Below are positions 28,840-38,192 of a stretch of DNA of 64,000 nucleotides, piece after piece. The stretch covers positions 62,001 through 126,000 of the IMG/VR virus record IMGVR_UViG_3300032046_000001; one strand, given 5' to 3'. A model generated the notes under the pieces. It was given only the letters and a program-made list of their open reading frames with translations. It had not been told where the DNA came from and did not search any database. Position 1 is the stretch's first letter; every line of letters begins with the position of its first letter. The position numbers and the translations under genes are program-made.

Positions 28840-29933
28840 AGATTGCAACAGTAATTGGAAATCGTCCACAAATAATAAAAACTTGTTTATTTTCAAATAA
28901 AGTAAGACAATTAGGAATTAAAGAAATATTGATAAATACAAATCAGCACTATGATTTTAATTTATCAGATATATTTTTCAAAGAATTAAATGTGCCACTT
29001 CCCGATTATAATTTAAATATTGGTGGTACTTCTCCATGTCAGCAAATAGGAAATGGAATAATTAAACTTGAAAAAATACTACTAAAAGAAATGCCAAGTA
29101 TACTAGTTGTATTTGGTGACACAAATTCTACATTAATCGGAGCATTAACAGCCAAAAAATTAAGTATTCCTATTGCACATATCGAGTCTGGTATGCGTTG
29201 CTTCGACAAAAATATGCCAGAAGAAACAAACAGAGTACTGACAGATCACATGTCTGATTACTTATTTTGTCCGTCTCAAGTTTCATATCAAAATTTGGCA
29301 AAAGAACATCTTATTAAACCAGATAAGACAATTATTTCTGGTGATGTTATGATCGATGTTCTCATAGAAGTTATGAAAAAGATTGATGAAGATGAAATAT
29401 TTAATAAAATTAAAAATAAATATAAAGTAGAAAAAGATAGTTATATTTTAACAACTGTTCATAGGGCAGAAAATACTGATAATATAGACAGACTAAAAAA
29501 TATAATTGAAGCTCTAATTGAAATATCAAATGATATTCCTGTTGTATTTCCAATTCACCCCAGAACAGAGAAAATTTTGAAGAATCTAAAATTAGATCTT
29601 CCTAAAAATTTAATTATTATTGATCCAGTTGGTTATAAAGACATGTTAATATTGGAGAAGAATTCCAAGTTAATTATTACAGACTCAGGCGGGATACAGA
29701 GGGAGGTGTATTTCTTTAGGAAGCCTAGTGTAATCACTAGAAATTCTACAGAGTGGGTAGAACTTATACTGTGTGGATATTCAAAATTAGTTGATACGAT
29801 TAACAAAAATGAAATTACAAGTTCTATTAAAGAATTATTAAATGATAATTATTTAAATAATAAAAATTGGGATGCTTTTTATGGAATAGGGAATAGTACA
29901 AATATTATAATAAAATATTTAATTGGAGATTAA
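28836..29933 (+). CDS. wecB: Non-hydrolysing UDP-GlcNAc 2-epimerase (WecB/WbpI family)
   Basis: GNRPQIIK, QHYD, GDTNST, HIESGMR, PEETNR, TDSGGIQRE. Confidence 0.9.
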   Translation: MKIATVIGNRPQIIKTCLFSNKVRQLGIKEILINTNQHYDFNLSDIFFKELNVPLPDYNLNIGGTSPCQQIGNGIIKLEKILLKEMPSILVVFGDTNSTLIGALTAKKLSIPIAHIESGMRCFDKNMPEETNRVLTDHMSDYLFCPSQVSYQNLAKEHLIKPDKTIISGDVMIDVLIEVMKKIDEDEIFNKIKNKYKVEKDSYILTTVHRAENTDNIDRLKNIIEALIEISNDIPVVFPIHPRTEKILKNLKLDLPKNLIIIDPVGYKDMLILEKNSKLIITDSGGIQREVYFFRKPSVITRNSTEWVELILCGYSKLVDTINKNEITSSIKELLNDNYLNNKNWDAFYGIGNSTNIIIKYLIGD

Positions 29934-30565
29934 TATTGTGGAAGTATATAAAAATTTAAATTTAAAAAATCTGGAAAATGAAATCTGGAAAGTTATAATA
30001 GACTTTCCAGATTATCAAGTTAGTAATTTAGGCAGAATTAAAAGTTTTAAACAAAATAAAATAAATGGAAAAATACGAAAACAAAAGAAAAATAAAGATG
30101 GATATTTAGAAATTGATTTATGTAAAAATGGAATATCAAAAACTAAATTAGTTCATCGTTTAGTTTATGAAAACTTCAAAGAAAAGTTAGAAGAAAAGTA
30201 TGATGCTCATCATATAAATGGGGATAGAGAATATAATTTTATTAATAATTTAGAACCTGTATTACACAGTGAACATTCAATTGGTAAAATAGTTTCAGAA
30301 GAAACCAAAAGAAAAATAAGTAAAAATCATGCTGATTTTAAAGGAAGATCTGGTATTAAAAGACCAGGAGAAGACAACCAAAATTCAAAGTTAAAAGATG
30401 GAGAAGTCTGGTTAATTAAAAAAATATTAAATTCGGATTATTATAAATCTGGAAAAATAACTCAGAAATTTATAGGAAATATGTTTGGTGTTGTTCAAAC
30501 TGTAATTTCAAAAATAAAACTTGGAAAATCATGGTCGCATATAAAATATTTAATCGGAGAATAAT
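29910..30565 (+). mobile_element. HNH cassette bounded by 25-bp direct repeats (23/25 identical)
   Basis: ATAAAATATTTAAT(T/C)GGAGA(T/A)TAAT at 29910-29934 and 30541-30565. Confidence 0.6.
29938..30564 (+). CDS. NUMOD4-HNH homing endonuclease
   Basis: NUMOD4, HNH and HTH; GTG at 29938 matches paralog starts and has SD GGAG. Confidence 0.8.
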   Translation: MEVYKNLNLKNLENEIWKVIIDFPDYQVSNLGRIKSFKQNKINGKIRKQKKNKDGYLEIDLCKNGISKTKLVHRLVYENFKEKLEEKYDAHHINGDREYNFINNLEPVLHSEHSIGKIVSEETKRKISKNHADFKGRSGIKRPGEDNQNSKLKDGEVWLIKKILNSDYYKSGKITQKFIGNMFGVVQTVISKIKLGKSWSHIKYLIGE

Positions 30566-30567
30566 GA

Positions 30568-31251
30568 ATGATTGACATTACCATGACATCTACAATTAGA
30601 CCTGAGATTTTAAAAAGAACATTAGAATCATTTTGTCAAAATATGTTCATTGATAAAAATAAATATCGTTTAATTATTAATATAGATCCAATTGGTGAAG
30701 ACATAAAACCAAAATTCATTTTAAAAACAGCACAAGAATATTTTGATAATATAGTTTATAGATATCCATCAGAACCAGGATTCACTAAAGCTATTATCTG
30801 GACATGGAGTCAAGTTAAATCTGATTATGTTTTTAATCTACAAGACGATTTTAAATTATTACGACCAATTAATATTGATTATATGATTGAAGTATTAGAA
30901 AATAATCCAAAATTGGCCAGTCTTCGTTTAAATAAGAATGAAACACCAATTAATAATGGAGATACTGAATTTACAATATGTCCGAGAATATCTCTAAATC
31001 CTATTTTATTCAAATATGAATTTATTAAAGGAGTAACTCCATTAATGACACCAGACGAAAACCCAGAGAAACAATTAAGACATTCTTTAAAAAGTGAAAG
31101 AGGAAGATTCATAAGAAAATGGGAACATGGAATTTATATAAAAGAATCAAGAGATCGAATTGTTGAAGATATTGGAAGAAAATGGATTAATAAAAGTATA
31201 TATCATAAAAAAATAGGATTTACAAAATGGGAAATAAAAGATGAAAACTAA
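30568..31251 (+). CDS. GT2-like glycosyltransferase, paralog of 16113
   Basis: IDIT, YRLIINIDPIG, NLQDDF, NPEKQLR. Confidence 0.7.
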   Translation: MIDITMTSTIRPEILKRTLESFCQNMFIDKNKYRLIINIDPIGEDIKPKFILKTAQEYFDNIVYRYPSEPGFTKAIIWTWSQVKSDYVFNLQDDFKLLRPINIDYMIEVLENNPKLASLRLNKNETPINNGDTEFTICPRISLNPILFKYEFIKGVTPLMTPDENPEKQLRHSLKSERGRFIRKWEHGIYIKESRDRIVEDIGRKWINKSIYHKKIGFTKWEIKDEN

Positions 31252-31654
31252 TGAACAAATAAATTTTTTAAATAATATAGTTGATAAATCATTTTCAGAA
31301 ATAACTGAGCGGTATTCTCCACTAATATTTACATCAGAAATTGATTGTTTATATTTTAAAAAAAATAGAGATTATATGATATGTAAAAAAAATGGTGATT
31401 TTATTATGTGGAATGATGACGCTGAACATGAGAAGATTTTAAATGAACATTCAGATTTAATAGAAAATAAAGATGAAAATATTAATCTAAAAGATGGTCA
31501 AAAATCAAAATGTTGTATAAATGGAAATAAATATATTACATATTTTAAATCATCCACTGGATGGTTAAAGAATGGATGGATGTTTGATATAAATGGATTA
31601 TGTGTTGATATCAACTACTGTCCCTTTTGCGGAAAAAAATTATATAACAAATAA
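31241..31654 (+). CDS. Hypothetical protein with C-terminal YCPFCG Zn-finger
   Basis: INYCPFCGKKL. Confidence 0.6.
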   Translation: MKTNEQINFLNNIVDKSFSEITERYSPLIFTSEIDCLYFKKNRDYMICKKNGDFIMWNDDAEHEKILNEHSDLIENKDENINLKDGQKSKCCINGNKYITYFKSSTGWLKNGWMFDINGLCVDINYCPFCGKKLYNK

Positions 31655-31662
31655 GGAGAAAA

Positions 31663-31956
31663 ATGTTTACAGAAGAAGAATCTGAAAGTGACTTGTATAA
31701 GTATAAGTATAAGCGCACAGAACCAGACAGTATTATAAAGTGGTATAAGAATAATATTTTAGTAGAGGTTCATCCAATTTCAACACTACAAAGCGATTTG
31801 GGACACAAAGCTCAAATTATTCATGATGGTGATAACTATGTCATTCTTCTAGAAGTAATAAATGAAAGCTACTATCTTGAATGTGCTGTTATTTTTCCAG
31901 ATGTATTTGATGTATTGATTATGTTACCAAATCCAAAAGAGGTTAGAATTGAATGA
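31663..31956 (+). CDS. Hypothetical protein, paralog of 31981
   Basis: Shared GHK.QI.H...Y.ILLE...IFP.VFD.L..LPNP. Confidence 0.65.
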   Translation: MFTEEESESDLYKYKYKRTEPDSIIKWYKNNILVEVHPISTLQSDLGHKAQIIHDGDNYVILLEVINESYYLECAVIFPDVFDVLIMLPNPKEVRIE

Positions 31957-31980
31957 TTACTCCACACCAATGGAGGAACT

Positions 31981-32238
31981 ATGTATAAAATAATTGAGAC
32001 AGACAAAGAAGCTAAATGGGGAAGTGGTCATCTTACTACAACTGTAGTTCCAGTAGCCACTATGGAAAATCAATATGGGCATAAAGTACAGATAGTCCAT
32101 CACGATAACGCATACTTGATTTTGTTAGAACAGAAAGATGGAACATATAAACATACAGCGTGGATATTCCCAGAAGTATTTGATATTTTAAAAACATTAC
32201 CTAACCCTTTAACACACAAGCCAGAGATGATGATTTAG
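31981..32238 (+). CDS. Hypothetical protein, paralog of 31663
   Basis: SD GGAGG; shared blocks as above. Confidence 0.65.
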   Translation: MYKIIETDKEAKWGSGHLTTTVVPVATMENQYGHKVQIVHHDNAYLILLEQKDGTYKHTAWIFPEVFDILKTLPNPLTHKPEMMI

Positions 32239-32252
32239 TCATCTCTGGTTTA
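32221..32252 (+). terminator. Rho-independent terminator
   Basis: CCAGAGATGA/TCATCTCTGG stem followed by TTT. Confidence 0.65.
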
Positions 32253-32266
32253 TTCTCATTTTAAGG

Positions 32267-32297
32267 TCAAATTAAAAATATTATGATATTAACATAT
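32267..32297 (+). promoter_or_regulatory. Bipartite promoter-like motif TCAAATT-N17-AACA
   Basis: Immediately after a terminator, heading the next operon. Confidence 0.6.
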
Positions 32298-32334
32298 AAA
32301 TGAATTTTTAAATTAAATTTTTTTGGAGGATATA

Positions 32335-32454
32335 ATGAAACCAGAAATATATGGAAAAGGTGAATGGGCAAGTATATCATACTGTCCACCAGTAACGACA
32401 ATTTATTTATTTAAAACAGAAGAAGCTAAAAAACTTGATCAGAGTGATAAATAG
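32335..32454 (+). CDS. 39-aa ORF, truncated paralog of 34268
   Basis: MKPEIYGKGEWASISYCPPVTTIYLFKT vs MKTQINGMGRWACIDACPSYTMIYLFNT; SD GGAGG. Confidence 0.5.
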   Translation: MKPEIYGKGEWASISYCPPVTTIYLFKTEEAKKLDQSDK

Positions 32455-32470
32455 GAGAAATAAAAGGTAA

Positions 32471-32881
32471 ATGAAAATATACACTCTATATAGTGGAGTT
32501 TGTGAAGACAGACGAGTTGTTGGATTATTTACTTCTATAAAAAAATTAAATGAATTTAAAAATAGATATCACTCTCAGGAAAGTTATGATGAAGATCCTG
32601 AAGTCTTTGAAGTTGATTATTTTCCTGATGTAACTGAAGACAAAAAAATATATTTTGTAAATAGAAAATTAATATTTTCTGAAGAAGAATATACAACTTT
32701 CACATCCGACATCGCAGAAATGGGAAATGTAAATAAGATGTTTGATGATGTTTTTGGAAATTATGTCACAACTTATGTATGGGCATCATCTGAAGGTGAA
32801 GCTATCAATATAGCTAAGAAGTTATTTGAAGAAGCGGATAAAAATAAGAAAAGAAAAAAGGAAACATCACTCTTTCTATAG
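32471..32881 (+). CDS. Hypothetical protein
   Basis: 136-aa ORF in operon. Confidence 0.6.
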   Translation: MKIYTLYSGVCEDRRVVGLFTSIKKLNEFKNRYHSQESYDEDPEVFEVDYFPDVTEDKKIYFVNRKLIFSEEEYTTFTSDIAEMGNVNKMFDDVFGNYVTTYVWASSEGEAINIAKKLFEEADKNKKRKKETSLFL

Positions 32882-32890
32882 GAGAAAATA

Positions 32891-33391
32891 ATGAATGAAT
32901 ATATGCCAATCATAAAGTTCTATATAATTGCCTATCCAATAGGAAGATGGAAGAACTATCAAGAATGTTATGACTATTATTATGATCAACATAGAAGATT
33001 CTACGAAGAACATAAAGAACTACTATCGGAGAATATAATTGAAATGAATGCTAAAAGAGATGCTGATAAAGAGTGGAATAATAATATAATCGGTGAAATA
33101 AAGATGGTTCAAATTGATATAACTCGTATCGATGATCATATTAAAGAAATAGAAAATATCCCTTATTTTTATAAATGGATCAATGCCTGGGAAATTCCAG
33201 TTAAAAAGAAGATTGAAGTTAAAAAAGAAGAAAAAGAAGAATATAACACAGATGATAAAGACAATGAATCTTTACATTCACATCACAGTAATCACTTACA
33301 CCCACATAGTTCTATGAATACAACCCACCTATTACAAACACAAACAATCTGTTCGTTAGCCACATCTATGTCGAGTTTATTTCATGGATGA
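32891..33391 (+). CDS. Hypothetical protein with His-rich C-terminus
   Basis: SD AGGAG; HSHHSNHLHPH. Confidence 0.6.
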   Translation: MNEYMPIIKFYIIAYPIGRWKNYQECYDYYYDQHRRFYEEHKELLSENIIEMNAKRDADKEWNNNIIGEIKMVQIDITRIDDHIKEIENIPYFYKWINAWEIPVKKKIEVKKEEKEEYNTDDKDNESLHSHHSNHLHPHSSMNTTHLLQTQTICSLATSMSSLFHG

Positions 33392-33409
33392 AATTTAAGG
33401 AGAATAATA

Positions 33410-33748
33410 ATGAGTAAATTTGAAGACGCAGAGTATGCATTAAATGGTGGACCATATCAGTCAGGAATGAAAAAAGAAAGATGTATTGAAATTAATCCAG
33501 TTGATTTTGTATATGGCATCAGTCAACGAATTCAAGAACAGAAACCAAAACCATCACACAAGTTTACTTTATCTAAAGGAACAGTAATCAAGGGAATTGA
33601 TTCTAATTATCCAGACATTGTTGTTTCGAATGATGTTGATATAGAATTCAATGTTAGTATTGAATTATATATGGATAATAGTAAAAATCATGTTGATTGT
33701 TATTTGATAGATAAATATATACCAGTTTATATGGATGGAGTATTTTAA
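33410..33748 (+). CDS. Hypothetical protein
   Basis: SD AAGGAG. Confidence 0.6.
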   Translation: MSKFEDAEYALNGGPYQSGMKKERCIEINPVDFVYGISQRIQEQKPKPSHKFTLSKGTVIKGIDSNYPDIVVSNDVDIEFNVSIELYMDNSKNHVDCYLIDKYIPVYMDGVF

Positions 33749-33906
33749 TGATTTCTAAATTAAATAAAACAGATTTTCCAAAAAAAGAATTTAATAATGG
33801 TAGATTAAATATTACTTTAGCTGATATGAGTAATGTTGAAGTTCTTATGAAAAAAATAAATGAGATGATTGAACAAATAAATATAAAGGAAGAAGAAAAT
33901 ATATGA
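33748..33906 (+). CDS. 52-aa hypothetical protein
   Basis: Coupled ORF; KINEM motif shared with 38016. Confidence 0.45.
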   Translation: MISKLNKTDFPKKEFNNGRLNITLADMSNVEVLMKKINEMIEQINIKEEENI

Positions 33907-34268
33907 AAATAAAAATTGATTTCGTGACAAATAGTAGTTCGGCGAGTTTTATTATATATTTTAATTATGATAATAAAAACTGGACATTTGATTTATTTAA
34001 AAGAGAATTTTTAGAATATATTCAAAAAGGTTATATTGGAGGAGAGTTCGGTGCTGGTAATCAATCTAATTATCCACCAGACAATATTGAATTATTATCT
34101 GATGGCAGAGTAAAAGTAGAATCATGGACATCTATGTATAATGGTTATGAAAATGTTCCGAAATATATTATAGATTTGGTTATTAGATCACATCAAACAA
34201 AAGATTCAAATGATGATGAACCATATTTTGGTATAAAAGATGTAGAATTTGAGGTTAAGTGTGATTAA
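33903..34268 (+). CDS. Hypothetical protein of the MKI..DFVTNSSS phage family
   Basis: MKIKIDFVTNSSSASFII N-terminus. Confidence 0.65.
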   Translation: MKIKIDFVTNSSSASFIIYFNYDNKNWTFDLFKREFLEYIQKGYIGGEFGAGNQSNYPPDNIELLSDGRVKVESWTSMYNGYENVPKYIIDLVIRSHQTKDSNDDEPYFGIKDVEFEVKCD

Positions 34269-34534
34269 TGAAAACACAAATTAATGGAATGGGAAGATGG
34301 GCATGTATTGATGCGTGTCCATCTTATACCATGATATATTTATTTAATACTAAAGATGAAGCCGAACATGTTATGAAAAGATGGAATCATAGAATGCCAT
34401 GTTATGAAGATAAATCATTTTGTTTATGGTGTTCACATCAGACAAAATTAAAAGAAATAGATTCCATTGATGATATCAAAGTCAATATCACCATTCCAAA
34501 TGATGGAATGAAACCTATAGTTGAAATATTATGA
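34268..34534 (+). CDS. Hypothetical Cys-rich protein
   Basis: Coupled ORF. Confidence 0.55.
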   Translation: MKTQINGMGRWACIDACPSYTMIYLFNTKDEAEHVMKRWNHRMPCYEDKSFCLWCSHQTKLKEIDSIDDIKVNITIPNDGMKPIVEIL

Positions 34535-34773
34535 ATGATAAAATACACCAAAGAAGATTGGTTCAGTATATAGCTGATATTATAGAAAAGAAAGATTTTG
34601 GTAATGATCTTGGAGAAGCTGAAATTAAGGTCATTAATATAATATCACAAATTTATGATAATGATGGTCTTGATTATATTCCAGATATTATAACCGATAC
34701 TGAATTTGAAACTTTTATATTGAAACGATTAGAAAAAGAAAATAAAATCTGTTGGATTAAGATGGGATATTAA
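34531..34773 (+). CDS. Hypothetical protein, paralog of 46869
   Basis: Shared RR...YI...I....F...L.EAE.K.IN.IS. Confidence 0.55.
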   Translation: MNDKIHQRRLVQYIADIIEKKDFGNDLGEAEIKVINIISQIYDNDGLDYIPDIITDTEFETFILKRLEKENKICWIKMGY

Positions 34774-34775
34774 AT

Positions 34776-35120
34776 ATGATTGATGCTGAATTTCTAAATG
34801 AAGCCAAAGAGAAATATTTAAATAATAAGACAATTAATCAAATTTTAGATAGAGCAATTGAATTATGGGGTGATAAATCTCAATCAATGATGTTGATTGA
34901 AGAGATGGCTGAATTAATAAAAGCTCTATGTAAAGCTCTTAATAGAAATAAAAAAGATATTGAGAATCTTCATGAAGAACTCGTTGATGTTGAGATTTGT
35001 TTATATCAAGCAAAAAGAATATTTAAATTAAGTGAAGAAAAACAGAATAAAATAATGATTGAAAAATTAAATAGATTAGAAAATAAGATCAAGAAATATG
35101 AAGAGGAAGAGTATATATGA
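34776..35120 (+). CDS. MazG-like nucleotide pyrophosphatase
   Basis: IEEMAEL...EELVDV. Confidence 0.7.
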   Translation: MIDAEFLNEAKEKYLNNKTINQILDRAIELWGDKSQSMMLIEEMAELIKALCKALNRNKKDIENLHEELVDVEICLYQAKRIFKLSEEKQNKIMIEKLNRLENKIKKYEEEEYI

Positions 35121-35440
35121 CAAACAAGAAAATTACAGAAGTGCTAAATAAGTATGAAGAATTTATAAATGATTATATGAAAACTCACATGCTGACAATT
35201 AAATTTAGTGAATCATGTAATCACATCTTGGAAATGATACCCAAAATGAGAATTTTTTTACAACAAAATAAACAAGAAAAAATTAACAGATGGTTAGGAT
35301 TCATTCAAGGTTTTATGTGGTCAAGTGGATTCTTCACAATCGATGAAATGAGAAGTCATAACAAAGAAGAAGAATTAGAACCAATCACTGTCAATGAAAA
35401 AACCTTATATGATACTGACATAAGGGATATTATATATTAA
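35117..35440 (+). CDS. Hypothetical protein
   Basis: RWLGFIQG motif typical of phage ORFans. Confidence 0.6.
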   Translation: MTNKKITEVLNKYEEFINDYMKTHMLTIKFSESCNHILEMIPKMRIFLQQNKQEKINRWLGFIQGFMWSSGFFTIDEMRSHNKEEELEPITVNEKTLYDTDIRDIIY

Positions 35441-35805
35441 TGAGTAAAATAAATAGAATAATTAAAGAACCACCAATTCCAGGATCATTTAAAAAAGAAG
35501 ATTATGAAAAGGCTGTGAAAGCAGCAATCGATTCAGAAAACTGGTACAGTGAAAATATAGAAGACCAATTAAAAGATATTATCAAATATTTAAGAAACAA
35601 TGGAGTTAATACTGAGTGTTCTTGTGGACACGAATTATATATTCAATGTCAATATATTCCAGAAGGTTGGATACAGATGGTTCATAATCTATTATATAAT
35701 TATTTATATAAACATGATAAAAAAATAAATTTTGAAATTCATGTTCATCATAAGGTTGATGATGGACATCCTTATAGTACAATGGAGATAAAATTAAATG
35801 AATGA
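35440..35805 (+). CDS. Hypothetical protein
   Basis: NGVNTECSCGH. Confidence 0.55.
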   Translation: MSKINRIIKEPPIPGSFKKEDYEKAVKAAIDSENWYSENIEDQLKDIIKYLRNNGVNTECSCGHELYIQCQYIPEGWIQMVHNLLYNYLYKHDKKINFEIHVHHKVDDGHPYSTMEIKLNE

Positions 35806-35924
35806 TTTTATTAAACAGAGGTTTAATCGTTGTATTTGGGCTGGAAAAATACTAAGAGAATACAGAAAAAAATTAATAGAGAATCGAGAAAGAAATTTAA
35901 AATTCATTAGGGAGATAAAACTAA

Positions 35925-36860
35925 ATGAATAGAGACTTTATAAGTACATTTGGAAAAGTATTTATGACATCTGGTGTAAAAGGCTTAGATGGTAGCGGAT
36001 ATTGGTACGACAAGTTCCTTAATTTTATACCAGGACACTCATCAGAAGGTGCAACTTTAATTTTAAAGACTGTAACTCTAAATAAACGCGATGGTAATAT
36101 TCCTCTTAATGATAAATTACAACCAATAAAATATTTCCCATCTTGTGTTAGATTATATCCATTTAGTGGTGCTATAATAAATTCAGTTGGCGTATCTAAT
36201 CCTGGTATAGAATCAATGTTGGTTAGTGGAATATGGCAGAAATTAGATCTACCAATATTAATATCAATCATTCCTGTTGAAAAAGACCGGAAAGCAAGAA
36301 TAGAGGAGATACAGAAAATAAAAAATATTATTTATAAATACAAATATTCATTTGATTGTCCACGAAAAGTTGGCATCCAGTTAAATGTTAGTTGTCCTAA
36401 TGTCAACATTTCTATTAATAATTATATTCAAGATCTTCTTTGTTATCTTGCAGTACTCAGTGAATTAAAAATGTCAATTGATGTTAAGATAAATGTTTTA
36501 GTACCACCAGAGAAATTAGAAAATTGTGCGTTTATGTGTGATATTATCACATGTTCTAATACAATTCCATATGGTTCATTTCCAGATAAGATCAATTGGA
36601 AGAAATACAGATTACCTGAATATCCCAATCAAGGTGGTTTATCCGGTAATCCTATTAAACCATTCGTACTTGATTGGATTAAGCGTTTTAAAGATTGTTA
36701 TCCAGATTATCCAATCAAGGGTTGTGGTGGAATAATGTCTAAAAATGATGTTGATTTATATAAAGAGGCTGGAGCATCAGCAATCGAGATTGGTTCAGTA
36801 AAAGCTCTCAGACCTTGGAGAGTAAAAAGTATTGTAGAAAGGGCAAATAAAATATTATGA
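35925..36860 (+). CDS. pyrD: Dihydroorotate dehydrogenase (divergent)
   Basis: KTVT, NSVGVSNPG, LNVSCPN, SNT, GGLSG, GCGGI. Confidence 0.85.
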   Translation: MNRDFISTFGKVFMTSGVKGLDGSGYWYDKFLNFIPGHSSEGATLILKTVTLNKRDGNIPLNDKLQPIKYFPSCVRLYPFSGAIINSVGVSNPGIESMLVSGIWQKLDLPILISIIPVEKDRKARIEEIQKIKNIIYKYKYSFDCPRKVGIQLNVSCPNVNISINNYIQDLLCYLAVLSELKMSIDVKINVLVPPEKLENCAFMCDIITCSNTIPYGSFPDKINWKKYRLPEYPNQGGLSGNPIKPFVLDWIKRFKDCYPDYPIKGCGGIMSKNDVDLYKEAGASAIEIGSVKALRPWRVKSIVERANKIL

Positions 36861-37236
36861 AAATAACTTTTGATGTCGAACCCAATAATGAGGAAAAATC
36901 GAAAAAAACAATTCAAGATTTAAAAGAACGATTTAAAAAAAGAAATATATTCAAAGAGTTAACTGAAGAGATTGAAAAAAATTTCAAATTTAAAGAAGAA
37001 TTAAATAATGAAATGAAAGGAAGTTTAAATGAATTGGAAATTAAAGGAGAATGTGAGATTGAATAAAGTTTGTTCTACTTGTATTCATGGATCTCATCTA
37101 ATGTCCAATGAATCTGTTGAACTATGTCTAAAAGATATGGACACTGATAATGATGATACAATGATGCCAGCACTATCTCCAAGAATTAAAACTTGTTTAA
37201 ATTATGAATCAGAAGAAAGTGATTAAAATTTAATTT

Positions 37237-37551
37237 ATGATCAAATTAAAAATTGAAGAATATAACAAATTAGTAGATTTGATTGCTGAACATTTATATG
37301 TTATATCTCAAACATTCATGTGTGGTATTGATTCTCGTGTCTCTAAAGAAGAAATATTAAATGCATTTAAAACCAAAGAATTTGAAAAAGAATGGAAAGA
37401 TATAAAACAAGAACTTGAAACAAATGAACTCTGGAAAGATGGAAAACACTTTGGAGACTGTACAGAATTTCCAAGTCCATGTCTGAGGTGTGAGTATGAA
37501 AGTTATATTGAAGAATCGAGGGAAAAATTAAAAAATATTGGTATTGTTTAA
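37237..37551 (+). CDS. Hypothetical protein
   Basis: HFGDC....PCLRC metal-binding motif. Confidence 0.55.
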   Translation: MIKLKIEEYNKLVDLIAEHLYVISQTFMCGIDSRVSKEEILNAFKTKEFEKEWKDIKQELETNELWKDGKHFGDCTEFPSPCLRCEYESYIEESREKLKNIGIV

Positions 37552-37576
37552 CTTAATAAATAACAGGAGATTCCCT

Positions 37577-38023
37577 ATGATTAAAGATGTTGATAAACCA
37601 TTAACACTTGGAGAAAAAATCTCAGATAAAATAGCTGAGTTTGGTGGTAGTTGGTATTTTATTATTTCTTTTTTTATTTTTTTGATGATATGGATCATTT
37701 TAAATTTGATTTTTTTTATACACCCATTTGATCCATTTCCATTCATTCTTCTTAATTTATGTCTATCTTGTTTAGCATCAGTTCAAGCTCCAATCATACT
37801 TATGACAGCAAATAGACAAGAATCCAGAGATCGAATCAGAGATGAAAAAGAATATATAATAAATCAGAAAGCTGAAATGGAAATAATGCAACTACACAGA
37901 AAGATAGACGATATTTATTTTAAAATAGATAGAGTAAATGAAAATTTAGGAAAAATGGAGAAGGAGATGTTTTCTTTATTGAAGGGGCAAATTGTAAAGG
38001 AGAGGAATAAAGTAAATGATTGA
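37577..38023 (+). CDS. DUF1003-family membrane protein
   Basis: FGGSW.FI, FDPFPFILLNL.LS.LA..QAPIILM..NRQ; SD AGGAG before ATG at 37577. Confidence 0.85.
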   Translation: MIKDVDKPLTLGEKISDKIAEFGGSWYFIISFFIFLMIWIILNLIFFIHPFDPFPFILLNLCLSCLASVQAPIILMTANRQESRDRIRDEKEYIINQKAEMEIMQLHRKIDDIYFKIDRVNENLGKMEKEMFSLLKGQIVKERNKVND

Positions 38024-38192
38024 TAAAATAAAAATGAATGAACTATCAATAGATTATTATTCAAATAGTCAACAAGTTGTAATTAATAAAATAAATGAGA
38101 TGGTTGAAGCTATGAATCAAATGAGAAATGATATAGACGAACTTATGTCAGTATGGAAAGTAACGAATGATGAATATTTTAGTAATTGGTAA
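38016..38192 (+). CDS. 58-aa hypothetical protein
   Basis: SD GGAGAGG; KINEM motif. Confidence 0.45.
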   Translation: MIDKIKMNELSIDYYSNSQQVVINKINEMVEAMNQMRNDIDELMSVWKVTNDEYFSNW

